Assembly: GCA_018303855.1 (NCBI GenBank)
Contig: JAGVXI010000012.1
Span: 2,403 to 66,402, forward strand
Source: Candidatus Pacearchaeota archaeon
GTDB lineage: Archaea; Nanobdellota; Nanobdellia; Pacearchaeales; GW2011-AR1
Length of the DNA stretch: 64,000 bases
Reading direction: 5' to 3'
The stretch's first letter is position 1; each line of letters begins with the position of its first letter. Below the pieces are notes generated by a model. That model worked only from the letters and a program-made list of their open reading frames with translations. It was not told the DNA's origin and did no database searches. Shown here in pieces: positions 19,988 through 30,936 of this stretch. A program made the translations under genes and the position numbers.

Positions 19988-20207
19988 AATATAAATAACA
20001 CAAAAAGGTTATTAAAGGTTATTGAAAGATATTTAAAGCAATGTTAATTTAGTAGAATATTAAAAAGAGGCAATGAATTAGAAATTTAAAAAGATAGTTT
20101 GAATAAAAATTAATAATAAAATTATTTAAAGTTGGTAATAATTTAAATATACTAAACGCAGATTATGAGATTAAATGAAAGTAGTAATATATAATAAAAA
20201 ATAAAAA

Positions 20208-21557
20208 ATGATAGAAATATGCACTATAGGCGGTTATGAAGAAGTAGGCAAAAATATGACTGCTGTGAAAATTGGCGAGGATGTTGTTATATTTGACTGC
20301 GGGACTTATCTGCCTGTTTTAATTGAACATAAAGAAGGGCTTGAAACTGGAGGAAAATACTCGCCCCAGCATTTAAGAAAAATAGGGGCACTTCCAAATG
20401 ACCTTGTTTTAGACAAGCTTGGCTGGACAAAAAAAGTTTGTGCAATTGTTATAGGGCACGCCCATTTAGATCATATCGGAGCTGTTCCTTATATTGCGCA
20501 AAGATATCCGCAAGCAGAAATTTTAGCTTCTCCTTTTACAATAGAAGTATTGGAGTCTATACTAAACGATGAGGGCATCAAATTAAGCAATAAAAGAAAA
20601 AAAATTCATGCTAATTCGATATATTTCATTAAAGGCAAATCAGGAAAAATAAAACTGGAATTTGTTCACACAACTCATTCCACTTTGCAGTGTGTTTTGC
20701 CTGTTTTACATACAAAAGAAGGAACTGTTTTTTATGCTCTTGATTTTAAATTTGACAATTACCCAACAATAGGCGCACCTCCAAATTATAAAAGACTAAA
20801 AGAGCTTGGGAAACAAGGAATAAAAGTTCTTGTTGTTGATTCTCTTTATTCTGGCGTTGACAGGAGAACAGCAAGTGAAAGAATTGCCAGAAATTTGATA
20901 GAAGATGCCTTATCTTTTGTAAGAGATAAAAATGCAGCACTTTTCGTAACAACTTTCTCAAGTCATATTGCTAGATTAAAAAGTATTGTTGAATTTGGAA
21001 AAAAAACCAACAGGCAGATAGTTTTCATAGGGAGAAGTTTAAACAAATATGTTGAAGCAGCAAAAAGAGTAAATTTGTGCCCTTTTTATAAAAGCATACG
21101 GCTTCTCAAATATAAAGATCAAGTCAACTCATTTTTGAAAAAAGTTGAAAAAAATCGCGGCGATTACCTTGTTGTTTGTACAGGGCATCAAGCAGAGCCT
21201 GGAAGTATTTTAGATAGAATAGTTGGAGATCAAACTCCGTTTAAGTTTATGCCAGGAGACCACTTAATTTTTTCATCAAGCATTATTCCTGCTACGCCGA
21301 ATATTAATGCCAGAGAAGCAATGGACAAAAAACTAAAAAAGAAAGGTGTAAGAATACAGACAGATATTCATGTCTCAGGGCATGCTGGCAGAGAAGATTT
21401 AAGGGATTTGCTTAGCATGCTAAAACCTCAGCATATTATTCCAGCGCACGGTTCTCTAAAACAAGAAACTCCTATGATTGAACTAGCATCTGAAATGGGC
21501 TATAAACCTCATGAAAATTCACATCTATCCCATGATGGTAAAGTGTTGAGGTTTTGA
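20208..21557 (+). CDS. rnj: Ribonuclease J (beta-CASP)
   Basis: GGYEEVGKNMT, HAHLDH, TTFSSHIAR, HVSGHA, IPAHG. Confidence 0.95.
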   Translation: MIEICTIGGYEEVGKNMTAVKIGEDVVIFDCGTYLPVLIEHKEGLETGGKYSPQHLRKIGALPNDLVLDKLGWTKKVCAIVIGHAHLDHIGAVPYIAQRYPQAEILASPFTIEVLESILNDEGIKLSNKRKKIHANSIYFIKGKSGKIKLEFVHTTHSTLQCVLPVLHTKEGTVFYALDFKFDNYPTIGAPPNYKRLKELGKQGIKVLVVDSLYSGVDRRTASERIARNLIEDALSFVRDKNAALFVTTFSSHIARLKSIVEFGKKTNRQIVFIGRSLNKYVEAAKRVNLCPFYKSIRLLKYKDQVNSFLKKVEKNRGDYLVVCTGHQAEPGSILDRIVGDQTPFKFMPGDHLIFSSSIIPATPNINAREAMDKKLKKKGVRIQTDIHVSGHAGREDLRDLLSMLKPQHIIPAHGSLKQETPMIELASEMGYKPHENSHLSHDGKVLRF

Positions 21558-21760
21558 AAATTAAGGACTAATTTTGTGGAGTAATTATTTGGGAAATTAA
21601 GCAGATTATATTTATTAAACATTAACAGCTTTGTAGTTATTGCTAATAATTATTAATCACCGCTTTTTTAGTATTAAATCATTTAAACAAAAAACCCCAT
21701 AATTTTTAAATACCATTATTCTAGCTATATTATTGTAACGTCTTATTAAAAGAGGATAAA

Positions 21761-22324
21761 ATGGTAAGAAGAGATCTTGTCGAGGGAATGTATTACGCTC
21801 TTGCTAAAGGGGAATCATTAAGAAAGGCAATGGAAAGCTTTTATAATGCAGGTTATTCAAAATCGGAAATTGAAGAAGCTGCAAAATATTTGCAGAGATT
21901 TTCCCAGCAGCAACGAACTTCACAGCAGTTTACTCAATTTCCTTCTCAGCAATTTCAAACTCCTATGCAATCTTCAATCCAACCAGCGAAAAAACCTCAG
22001 TTTCAACCAGTATATACTCAACAGGCATCACAGCAACAACTTCAAACACAACTTAAGCCACAGCAACCAAAACCCCAACCTTTATTGCATGAGCAGGTTC
22101 AGCCAGTAACACAGTTAGCTAGCCAGTTTCCACAACAAATGCAACCTCAATTTCAACAGCCACTTCAAAGGGTTTCAGCTTATGGCGAACAACCTGTGCA
22201 AAAGAAAAGTATGGGGCTTATAATCTTTTTAGTTATTCTTCTTTTAATTCTTATTGGAGGATTAATAACCTTAGTACTATTCAGAACAGAGATAATTGAT
22301 TTTTTTAGCAAGACTTTTGGTTAA
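21761..22324 (+). CDS. Q/P-rich membrane protein with N-terminal three-helix module
   Basis: ALAKGESL...NAGYSKSEIEEA, Q/P linker, C-terminal TM. Confidence 0.8.
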   Translation: MVRRDLVEGMYYALAKGESLRKAMESFYNAGYSKSEIEEAAKYLQRFSQQQRTSQQFTQFPSQQFQTPMQSSIQPAKKPQFQPVYTQQASQQQLQTQLKPQQPKPQPLLHEQVQPVTQLASQFPQQMQPQFQQPLQRVSAYGEQPVQKKSMGLIIFLVILLLILIGGLITLVLFRTEIIDFFSKTFG

Positions 22325-22513
22325 GGTTTGTGTAAGATTATTAAGTTTTAATTTACAACTAATTTATGAGGATTAGTAATTTAGGCTAATAAAGGGGCTA
22401 TCCATCTTTTATATCCTGCCTTAGGTTAAGTTTAAATGTATAATATTATGCATTACCATTATTTTTATATATCCCTGCTTTTATTCTAATCTTAGAAGAA
22501 AGATTAAACAAAA

Positions 22514-23674
22514 ATGGTGAAATTCGCGCATATGGCTGACGTGCATCTTGGCTCCTGGAAACAACAACCAATGCAAGACTTAAACTTGCAAAGTTTTCAA
22601 CAAGCAATAGATACATGTATCAAAGAAAAAGTTGAGTTTGTTTTAATTGCCGGAGATTTATTTGATTCAGCTTATCCCCCAATTGATGTTCTTAAAGAAA
22701 CTTTTGCACAGTTTAAAGAACTAAAAGAAGCGAAAGTTCCATGCTTTATAATTGCAGGAAGCCATGATTATTCTGTTTCAGGAAAAACTTTTTTAGATGT
22801 GTTGGAAAAAGCAGGTTTTTGCAAAAATGTAGAGGATTATGAAGAGAAGCAAGATAAGCTAATTTTAAACCCCACTATTTATGCGGGCACAGCAATTTAT
22901 GGTTATCCAGGAAAAAAATCAGGTTTAGAAGTTGAGGATTTAAGAAGAATAAAACTTCAAGAGGCTCCAGGAATGTTCAGAATTTTTATGCTGCACACTA
23001 CAATAGACAAAGTTAAAGGAACTTTGCCTGTAGATGCAATAGAAACAGAGCTTTTGCCCCAAGCAGATTATTATGCCCTTGGACACATCCATTTGGATTT
23101 CCAGTATGAAAAATTTATTTATCCGGGCCCGGTTTTCCCAAATAATTTTCAAGAGCTTGAAGATTTGGAGCAGGGAAGTTTTTACATTGTAGACACAGAG
23201 CTTAATCAGCCTCTTAAAAAAATAAGCCTTAAAACAAAAGATATGGTTTCAATTAATATAAAAGTAACCAATGCTTCAACAGCTACTGACCAAATAATTT
23301 CAGAAATAAAAAAACACGAAATTTCAGATAGCGTTGTTTTGTTAAGAATAAGCGGACTTCTGGAAGACGGTAAGCATTCTGATATAAAATTTTTGCAGAT
23401 TGAAGAGTTTGTTAAGCAAAAAGGAGCATATTTTTTGTTAAAAAATACTCATGAGCTTAAAACAAAAGAGCTTGAGTTGGAAATTGAGATGCAAAATGCT
23501 GAGAATATAGAAGAAGAGACTATAAGTATTTATTCAAAGGAAAACCCCTCTAAACTCAACAAATTAATTCAGCCGTTAATAAATTCCTTGGGCATGGAAA
23601 AGCAGGAAGATGAAAAAAACGTCATTTTTGAAAATCGGGTTTTTGATAGCGCGAAGAAAATTTTGGAGTTATAA
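22514..23674 (+). CDS. mre11: DNA double-strand break repair nuclease Mre11
   Basis: AD.HLG, AGDLFD, GSHD, ALGHIH motifs; upstream of rad50. Confidence 0.93.
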   Translation: MVKFAHMADVHLGSWKQQPMQDLNLQSFQQAIDTCIKEKVEFVLIAGDLFDSAYPPIDVLKETFAQFKELKEAKVPCFIIAGSHDYSVSGKTFLDVLEKAGFCKNVEDYEEKQDKLILNPTIYAGTAIYGYPGKKSGLEVEDLRRIKLQEAPGMFRIFMLHTTIDKVKGTLPVDAIETELLPQADYYALGHIHLDFQYEKFIYPGPVFPNNFQELEDLEQGSFYIVDTELNQPLKKISLKTKDMVSINIKVTNASTATDQIISEIKKHEISDSVVLLRISGLLEDGKHSDIKFLQIEEFVKQKGAYFLLKNTHELKTKELELEIEMQNAENIEEETISIYSKENPSKLNKLIQPLINSLGMEKQEDEKNVIFENRVFDSAKKILEL

Positions 23675-23683
23675 TCAGTTAAA

Positions 23684-25738
23684 ATGCTGTTAAAAAAAAT
23701 ATATCTAAAAAACATAAGGAGCTATAAAGAGCAGGAAATATTCCTTACAAGTGGCTCTACTCTTTTATCAGGGGATATCGGCTCTGGAAAAACCTCTGTT
23801 CTTTTGGCAGTGGAATTTGCTTTATTTGGCTTGCAGCCAGGCCAAAAAGGTGCTTCATTGCTCAGAAATGGTGCAACAGAAGGTTGCGTTAAAATAGAAC
23901 TTGAGGTGAGCGGGCATGAAGTAATAATCGAACGTACACTTAAAAAAGGAAAAACCATAAACCAGGATTATTCAGCCATAATTATCAATGGAACCAAACG
24001 CGAAATTTCAGTAACAGAGCTAAAGAGTATTGTTCTTGGATTGTTAAACTACCCAAAAGAATTCTCTAAAAAACAAAATCTTCTTTATAAATTCACAGTT
24101 TACACTCCTCAGGAAGAAATGAAGCAGATAGTTCTGCAAGACCCAGAAACAAGGATTAACACTTTGCGCCATATTTTCGGCATTGATAAATACAAAAGAA
24201 TTATTGAAAATGTTACTATTGTTGCTTCCAAAATAAGAGAAGAACAAAGGAGGAACGAGGGGCTTGTTGCTAATTTAGAGCAGGATAAATCAAATCTTAT
24301 AACAAAAGAAGAAGAGCTTGAAACAAAATTTTTTAATCTTGCCTCAATAGAAAAAGAACTTTTTTTAAAAATAGAGCATAGAGAAAAAATGCAGGAAGAT
24401 GCAGAATTAATTGAAGAGAAGCTGCAGGAAAAAAGGAAGCTGGAAGGGGAGGTCGAAAAAACCAAGATAATGATTTCCAATAAAAAAGAAACCTTGTCGT
24501 CTAATAAAAAAACAATTGAAACATTAAGAAAGCAGATTGAGGAATTAACTAAGCTAAGGTTTGATGAAAGCAAATTGGCGCAAATAAAGCAGGATATGGA
24601 CAGCAAAAAAGAATTAAAAAAGAGTTTAAATGATGAAAATCTAAAAATTAGCTCGCAAATTTCTTCTTTAAATCTTAAAAATGACGAGAATAAAAATATA
24701 AAAAGTCAGATTATGCATCTTGAAATATGCCCCACATGCTTGCAGGATGTTGACCCAAACTACAAGGCAAATGTTGTTAATCAGCTGGATTCAGCAATAG
24801 TGCAGAATATTAAGCAAATTAAAGACTTAGAGCTGGAAAAAAAAGAGGTTATAGAAAAACTGCTCAGATTAGATTATGAATTATCTCTAAATGAAAAAGA
24901 ATTGCGCGATTTGGAAATATCAAAAATTAAGCTGCAGCAAGTTGATGAAAAACAAAAAGATCTTTCGGAAATAGAAAAAACCGTTAGCTTTTTGGAAAAA
25001 GATATTGTGTTATTAGAAAAACACATTAATATGCTTAAAGAGTCTGTTCTTAATCTAAGCAAGTTTAGTAATCTTTATGAAGAAAAGAAAAAAGAGCTTG
25101 AACTTGCACTGCATGAAGAAAAAATGGCTGAGATAAAAGTTGCTGAATTAAAAAGAGAAATTGAATTTTTCTCAAGGCAGATAGATGAACTAAAAATAAA
25201 AATAGAAAAAACAGAGAGCATCAAGGTGCATCTAGCTTATCTTGTAGAATTAGAAAATTGGCTTTCTAAGAACTTTGTTTCGCTTATTTCTTTTATTGAG
25301 AAAAATGTTATGACGAGGCTTAAAGTTGATTTTTCACAACTCTTTGCAAAGTGGTTTTTAATGCTTGTTTCTGATTCTTTAAATGTTGAACTGGATAATG
25401 ATTTTACTCCCATAATAATGCAGCAGGATTATGAGCTTGATTATGCCTATCTTAGCGGCGGCGAAAGAACAGCAGTAGCTTTAGCATACAGGCTTGCCCT
25501 TAATCAGGTTATTAACTCATTCCTTAGCAAAATAAATACAAAAGATTTGGTAATTTTAGACGAGCCAACAGACGGATTTAGTGAACAGCAACTCGACAAG
25601 ATGAGGGAGGTGCTTGAACAGTTAAATGTCAGCCAGCTTGTTCTTGTCAGCCACGAGCAAAAAATAGAGGGGTTTGTTGAGCATATTATTCGTTTCAAGA
25701 AAGAGCAGGGAGAGACAAAGGTTTTGGTTGTGGGGTGA
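23684..25738 (+). CDS. rad50: DNA repair ATPase Rad50
   Basis: Walker A GDIGSGKT, zinc hook CPTC, LSGGE, LDEPT, VSH. Confidence 0.94.
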   Translation: MLLKKIYLKNIRSYKEQEIFLTSGSTLLSGDIGSGKTSVLLAVEFALFGLQPGQKGASLLRNGATEGCVKIELEVSGHEVIIERTLKKGKTINQDYSAIIINGTKREISVTELKSIVLGLLNYPKEFSKKQNLLYKFTVYTPQEEMKQIVLQDPETRINTLRHIFGIDKYKRIIENVTIVASKIREEQRRNEGLVANLEQDKSNLITKEEELETKFFNLASIEKELFLKIEHREKMQEDAELIEEKLQEKRKLEGEVEKTKIMISNKKETLSSNKKTIETLRKQIEELTKLRFDESKLAQIKQDMDSKKELKKSLNDENLKISSQISSLNLKNDENKNIKSQIMHLEICPTCLQDVDPNYKANVVNQLDSAIVQNIKQIKDLELEKKEVIEKLLRLDYELSLNEKELRDLEISKIKLQQVDEKQKDLSEIEKTVSFLEKDIVLLEKHINMLKESVLNLSKFSNLYEEKKKELELALHEEKMAEIKVAELKREIEFFSRQIDELKIKIEKTESIKVHLAYLVELENWLSKNFVSLISFIEKNVMTRLKVDFSQLFAKWFLMLVSDSLNVELDNDFTPIIMQQDYELDYAYLSGGERTAVALAYRLALNQVINSFLSKINTKDLVILDEPTDGFSEQQLDKMREVLEQLNVSQLVLVSHEQKIEGFVEHIIRFKKEQGETKVLVVG

Positions 25739-25823
25739 TATCTTTTTTACAAAATCATTTATATATTAATTATATAATGGTGACAATACAAATATTTAAA
25801 TAGTTTGAAATAAGGTTTGAACT

Positions 25824-26183
25824 ATGGGAAAAAATGGTTCATCTTCTACTAGCAATTCACTTGCATTTGCTGGAGTGGGTTTTGGATTAGCTGCTTTAAT
25901 TGGTTTTTTTACACTTGGGCCAATAGATTCGACTAGAATAGCATACAATTCTGTTGTGGGCGATATTCCTTTAGTAAGAGCAAGAGCAGTAGAATATTGC
26001 AGAAGAAATATTCAAAGAGAAAATCCTTTTTTTGATACAGAACAAGTTGAAACAATTTTAGCTAGAGATCTAAAATATGATTTGCATAAAGGGGAGAAAA
26101 TTAATCCTCAAGCAGTTAGGATGATGGAGTTATTGGATGCAACTGAAGATCATGCTTCTAGTTTTTACGCTAGGTGGGTTTGA
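25824..26183 (+). CDS. Hypothetical protein with N-terminal TM
   Basis: 119 aa; TTTAAATA box upstream. Confidence 0.65.
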   Translation: MGKNGSSSTSNSLAFAGVGFGLAALIGFFTLGPIDSTRIAYNSVVGDIPLVRARAVEYCRRNIQRENPFFDTEQVETILARDLKYDLHKGEKINPQAVRMMELLDATEDHASSFYARWV

Positions 26184-26323
26184 CCAACTTTGCCTGAATA
26201 ATTATTTTCCAAAAATCAACTAATCATCCGAAACATTTAAAAATGCTTCATGCTCTTAAGATTTATAGATTCTAAATAAAGTTATGTGTGTTTTAATTAA
26301 TAAACAATAGAAATAAAGATAAA

Positions 26324-27001
26324 ATGGACGATGATTTTAAATCTGAATTAAAAAATTCAATTTTGAAAACAGGAACAACTATCCTTGGAATTGTCTGCAA
26401 AGACGGAGTTGTAATGGCTGCAGACAGGCAAGTTACTGCAGGAAATTTTGTAATGAGTAAAACTTTTAAAAAAGTTAATCAAATAAACGATTACCTAGTT
26501 GTATCCTGGACAGGCGGTGTTGCAGATGCCCAAAGACTTTCAAAACTGATTGCAGCAGAATTAAGATTAAAAGAATTGCGCTCAAAATCTCGTCCGAGTG
26601 TCAAGCAATCTGCAAATTTAGTTGCTTCACTTACTTATTCTCAAATAAGGCAGCCTTCAATGCTTCCAAATATTGTTGGAACACTTATTGGGGGATTTAA
26701 TGAAGATGGCTCTGCTGAATTATACACAATAGAACCTGCTGGCTCTATAATTAGAGTAGAAGATTATGACGCTAATTTTGGAAGTGGAATGCCTTATGTT
26801 TTAGGTTTGCTTGAAAGGCAATACAAACCAGGTTTAAGTGTGAAAGAAGGTGTTGAATTAGCTCAAGAAGCATTAAAAGCTTCAACACAAAGAGATGTTG
26901 GAAGCGGTTATGGAATTGATGTTTTTACAATTACCAAAGAAGGAATTAAAAAAGTTGTTGAGCAGGAAATTCAGCCAACATATAAGGATAAGGAAAAATA
27001 G
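26324..27001 (+). CDS. psmB: Proteasome beta subunit
   Basis: Propeptide then KTG|TTILG.V..DGVVMAAD, GSG motif, RD.GSG. Confidence 0.96.
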   Translation: MDDDFKSELKNSILKTGTTILGIVCKDGVVMAADRQVTAGNFVMSKTFKKVNQINDYLVVSWTGGVADAQRLSKLIAAELRLKELRSKSRPSVKQSANLVASLTYSQIRQPSMLPNIVGTLIGGFNEDGSAELYTIEPAGSIIRVEDYDANFGSGMPYVLGLLERQYKPGLSVKEGVELAQEALKASTQRDVGSGYGIDVFTITKEGIKKVVEQEIQPTYKDKEK

Positions 27002-27346
27002 GGATAAGTTTAATAGTAAAAATTCAAGAGGTTCGGGGTTAATTTAAGGTTATAAAATGCAACTTAATATAATGCTAAACAAATTATGGAAGACAGGAGT
27101 TAGTAAAAATTAATTATTATTTTTTAATTTAAGCATTATTAAATCAGAGGTGATTTTGTTTTAGTTTGTTAGGTTAATTAAAATTGATTGATAAAATGAA
27201 TTTGTTAGGTATTAAGTTAATGTGGGAAAGTCCTATTAAATTATTGTAAAAAATTGTATAATAAATGATAAACTATGTACGTGGGTTAACAATGGTTTGT
27301 AAATTAATGTTTTACGATTAAAATTAATAAACAATAATAATAAAAA

Positions 27347-29233
27347 ATGGATATATTAAAAAGTATAACAAGCGAACTGCCTCCTGGAATGGTTACTGAA
27401 GCAAATTTTGAAGGCGCAAACATAGTTCTTTATACTAACAATGAGAAATTTCTTAAGGAAGGCGAGTTTAAAATTAAAGAAGCTGTAAACAAATTCAAAA
27501 AAAGAATTGAGCTTAGAGCTGACCAGAAAATCCTGCCAGAGCAGGAAAAAGTTGAAAAATCTATCCATGCAATCGTGCCACAAGATGCAGAAATTACAGG
27601 GATAATTTTTGATTTTCACAGAAGTATTGTGATAATTGAAGCAAAAAAACCAGGGTTGGTTATCGGCAAGCAAGGTTCTATTTTAGATGAAATAAAATCC
27701 CAAAATCTCTGGACTCCTCAAATCCAAAGAAGCCCTGCAATAAAAAGCAAAATTACAGAAAACATAAGGGAAGTTTTATATGCTAATAATAATTACAGAA
27801 GGCGTTTTCTAAATGATGTTGGCAAAAAAATTTACAGAGATTGGAATCCAGGAAAAGTTGAAGAGTGGGTGCGAATAAGCTTTTTGGGCAGTGCCCGTCA
27901 GGTTGGCAGAAGTTGCCTGCTTTTGCAGACCCCTGTTTCAAATGTTTTGCTTGATTGCGGAATAAACGTTGCAGCTCAAAACTCAGAAAAATTCCCTTAT
28001 TTTGATATTCCAGAATTTGATTTAAATAAATTAGATGCAATTATTTTAAGCCACGCTCACTTGGACCACATGGGGGTTATTCCATATCTTTTTAAAATGG
28101 GGTACAAAGGCCCGGTTTATATGACTCCTCCAACAAGGGACATAACTGCTTTAGTGAGCTTGGATTTTATTGGTGTAGCTTACAAGCAGGCTAATCAACC
28201 ACTATTTTCAAGTATAGATATTAAGGAAATGGTAAAACATTCTATTTGTTTAAATTACAACGAGGTTACAGATGTTACTCCTGATATAAGGCTTACATTT
28301 TATAATGCAGGGCATGCCTTGGGTTCTGCAATGATTCACTTAAATATTGGCAATGGGCTTCATAACCTGCTTTACTGCGCTGATTTTAAATACGGAAAAT
28401 CTCGTTTATTAGATCCTGCAATTAAAACTTTCCCAAGGTTAGAGACAGTAATTTCAGAGTCAACTTATGGGGCAAAAACAGATGTTCTGCCTCCTCGTAT
28501 TGATTCAGAAAACAAATTAATAGAAGCAGTTAATAATACAATTGAAAGAAAAGGAAAGATTTTAATTCCTGAACTTGGGCTTGGCAGAGCGCAAGAAACA
28601 ATGCTGATTATTGAGGATGCAATTAAATCAGGAAAAATGAAAAAAGTTCCTGTTTATATTGACGGAATAATGTGGGATATTAATGCTATTCATACAGCTT
28701 ATCCTGATTTTTTAAGCGCCCAAGTCCGCTCTTCAATTTTCCAAGATGATAATCCGTTTACTTCAAGCATCTTCCAGAGAGTTGGTTCTCCACAAGAAAG
28801 AAAAGCAGTTATTGAAGGAGGTCCTTGCGTGGTTCTCGCAACATCAGGAATGCTTGTTGGTGGTGCAAGTGTGGAGTATCTTAGAGAATTTGCAAGCAAC
28901 AAAAAAAACTCCTTGATTTTTGTTTGTTACCAAGGAATTGGAAGTTTAGGAAGGCAGATTCAAGAAGGGCTTAAAGAAACAAGAATGATGTCTGAGGGAA
29001 AAGAAGAACTGGTTCAAGTTAACATGGAAGTTCATACAATTACCGGTTTAACAGCGCATTCTGGGAGAAATGAACTCTTGGCTTTTTTTAATCATATACG
29101 GCCAAAGCCAAAAAGAATTATAATCAATCACGGTGAAATATCAAAAACACTTGATTTAGCAAGTGCATTATACAAGCTGAACAGAGTAGAAACTTCTGTG
29201 CCAAGAAATCTTGAAAGTGTGAGATTAAAGTAA
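27347..29233 (+). CDS. fttA: Archaeal CPSF1 / FttA (KH + beta-CASP ribonuclease)
   Basis: N-terminal KH (KPGLVIGKQG), SHAHLDH, NAGH.LGSA, ESTYG, NHGE. Confidence 0.95.
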   Translation: MDILKSITSELPPGMVTEANFEGANIVLYTNNEKFLKEGEFKIKEAVNKFKKRIELRADQKILPEQEKVEKSIHAIVPQDAEITGIIFDFHRSIVIIEAKKPGLVIGKQGSILDEIKSQNLWTPQIQRSPAIKSKITENIREVLYANNNYRRRFLNDVGKKIYRDWNPGKVEEWVRISFLGSARQVGRSCLLLQTPVSNVLLDCGINVAAQNSEKFPYFDIPEFDLNKLDAIILSHAHLDHMGVIPYLFKMGYKGPVYMTPPTRDITALVSLDFIGVAYKQANQPLFSSIDIKEMVKHSICLNYNEVTDVTPDIRLTFYNAGHALGSAMIHLNIGNGLHNLLYCADFKYGKSRLLDPAIKTFPRLETVISESTYGAKTDVLPPRIDSENKLIEAVNNTIERKGKILIPELGLGRAQETMLIIEDAIKSGKMKKVPVYIDGIMWDINAIHTAYPDFLSAQVRSSIFQDDNPFTSSIFQRVGSPQERKAVIEGGPCVVLATSGMLVGGASVEYLREFASNKKNSLIFVCYQGIGSLGRQIQEGLKETRMMSEGKEELVQVNMEVHTITGLTAHSGRNELLAFFNHIRPKPKRIIINHGEISKTLDLASALYKLNRVETSVPRNLESVRLK

Positions 29234-29510
29234 TTTTTATATAGCTTTGTGGCAGGTAAGGCATTACTAACTAATAAACAAGGTAGATGAGTATAGATTA
29301 ATAAATTTTGATTGTCATTTTGCATATAATTTATAAATCAAATTTTCTTTGATAATTAATATGATACAATTAAAAATGGGTGAAGTTTATAAGTTTTAAG
29401 ACAGTTAGATAACATTTACAACTCGTTTAGCTCTATAGGATGTAAAATTAAGTTAATATGCAGTTTTAAGTTATAAAATTGTAAAATAAATCACTCTTAT
29501 ACAAACAAAA

Positions 29511-30458
29511 ATGAAGCACAATATTAAAGTAACATTAATTTTGCTTGCGATGTTTATGATTACCCAGCTAATTGGAATTTATGTTGTTAATTATTATTCA
29601 CCTGTAAAAATAATTGATGGGCAGGTTACTAAAGTGTCTGCGCCAGGTATACCTTATGGAATGCAGCCTCCAGAAATAAAAGAGCCTACAGAATACTTTC
29701 AGATGATGGTTTCTATCTTTGTGGCATTTGCTATTGCGATTGCTCTCATTTTTTTTCTAATGAAATTTGGGGTAGAATTTATTCTGAAATTATGGTTCTT
29801 TGTTGTGATAGTTATAGCATTAGGGATTGCATTTAATTCATTTATTCCGCAGTTTAAATTTGCGTCAGCTATTGTATCTCTTATTGCCTTGCCTCTGGCT
29901 TATATAAAAATCTATAAGCCGAATTTTTATGTTCACAATCTGACTGAACTGGTTATTTATCCAGGGATTGCAGCTGTTTTTGTGCCACTATTAAATATAT
30001 GGACAATAATTGCTTTATTGTTTGTAATCTCAATTTATGATATGTGGGCTGTCTGGCATTCAGGCATAATGCAAAAAATGGCAAAATACCAGATAAATAA
30101 GCTAAACATTTTCTCAGGGTTCTTTGTTCCATATATTGGAAAAAGAATAAGGGCAAAACTCAAAAAACTTTCAAAAGCAAAATTAAAAAAGGCTAAGATT
30201 AAAGTAAATGTGGCTATTCTTGGCGGCGGAGATGTTATCTTTCCTATAATTGCTGCAGGTGTAATGTTAAAAACAATTGGGTATATTAGTGTTGGCTCAA
30301 TTATTTTGCCAATTGCATCATTTTTTATTATTTTAGGAGCAGGTTTAGGGCTTGGTTATTTGTTTTTTGCAGCAGAAAAAAAGAAATTCTATCCCGCAAT
30401 GCCTTTTATTACAGCAGGAATATTATTAGGCATGCTTGTTTATTGGCTAGTTTTTTGA
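29511..30458 (+). CDS. Presenilin/SPP-family intramembrane aspartyl protease
   Basis: YD in TM (ISIYDMWAVW), LGGGD, C-terminal PAMPF. Confidence 0.9.
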   Translation: MKHNIKVTLILLAMFMITQLIGIYVVNYYSPVKIIDGQVTKVSAPGIPYGMQPPEIKEPTEYFQMMVSIFVAFAIAIALIFFLMKFGVEFILKLWFFVVIVIALGIAFNSFIPQFKFASAIVSLIALPLAYIKIYKPNFYVHNLTELVIYPGIAAVFVPLLNIWTIIALLFVISIYDMWAVWHSGIMQKMAKYQINKLNIFSGFFVPYIGKRIRAKLKKLSKAKLKKAKIKVNVAILGGGDVIFPIIAAGVMLKTIGYISVGSIILPIASFFIILGAGLGLGYLFFAAEKKKFYPAMPFITAGILLGMLVYWLVF

Positions 30459-30663
30459 TTATTATAGGCAATAAGATTGTTATGCTATAGAAAGTAATAT
30501 TGATATTGCTTTGCTGAAACCCTGTTAAAAATGTAAAAGTTATAATCATTAACAACTAATAAATTTGCTAAGGGTTTGTAAGTTAAAAGTGATTAAAAGA
30601 TGATTATTTATCATTAAAATTTATCATCACACTTAATATGGCTACTTAAATAATCTAAATTAA

Positions 30664-30936
30664 TTAGTATCTAACAGGAATTATTGTTTTTGGTTCTAAC
30701 ATTGCAATGTCTTTTATACTAATTCTTATAGGAGGGGTATTTGGCCTATCATCTTTTTGTAATAGCATTTCTCCATTAACAATTTGTTCAACACGTCCTT
30801 TTGCAACTCCCATGCCTCTAACCCCTACAGTCACTATCCTACCAATATACTGGGTGTATTGGTTTATGCCTGGGTTATCATCTAATTCTTGGGGCACATA
30901 GCCAATGCTCATTCTTTTTGCCATGTTTATTATCAA
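30664..30936 (-). CDS. Small Sm/LSm-like beta-barrel protein (tentative)
   Basis: YIGRIVTV......KGRVEQI.....LL pattern. Confidence 0.55.
   Translation of the reverse strand: MIINMAKRMSIGYVPQELDDNPGINQYTQYIGRIVTVGVRGMGVAKGRVEQIVNGEMLLQKDDRPNTPPIRISIKDIAMLEPKTIIPVRY

Noticed and set aside
27220-27240. GGGAAAGTCC resembling the RNase P RNA P4 strand
   Set aside because: No partner strand or GC-rich structured context; AT-rich spacer.
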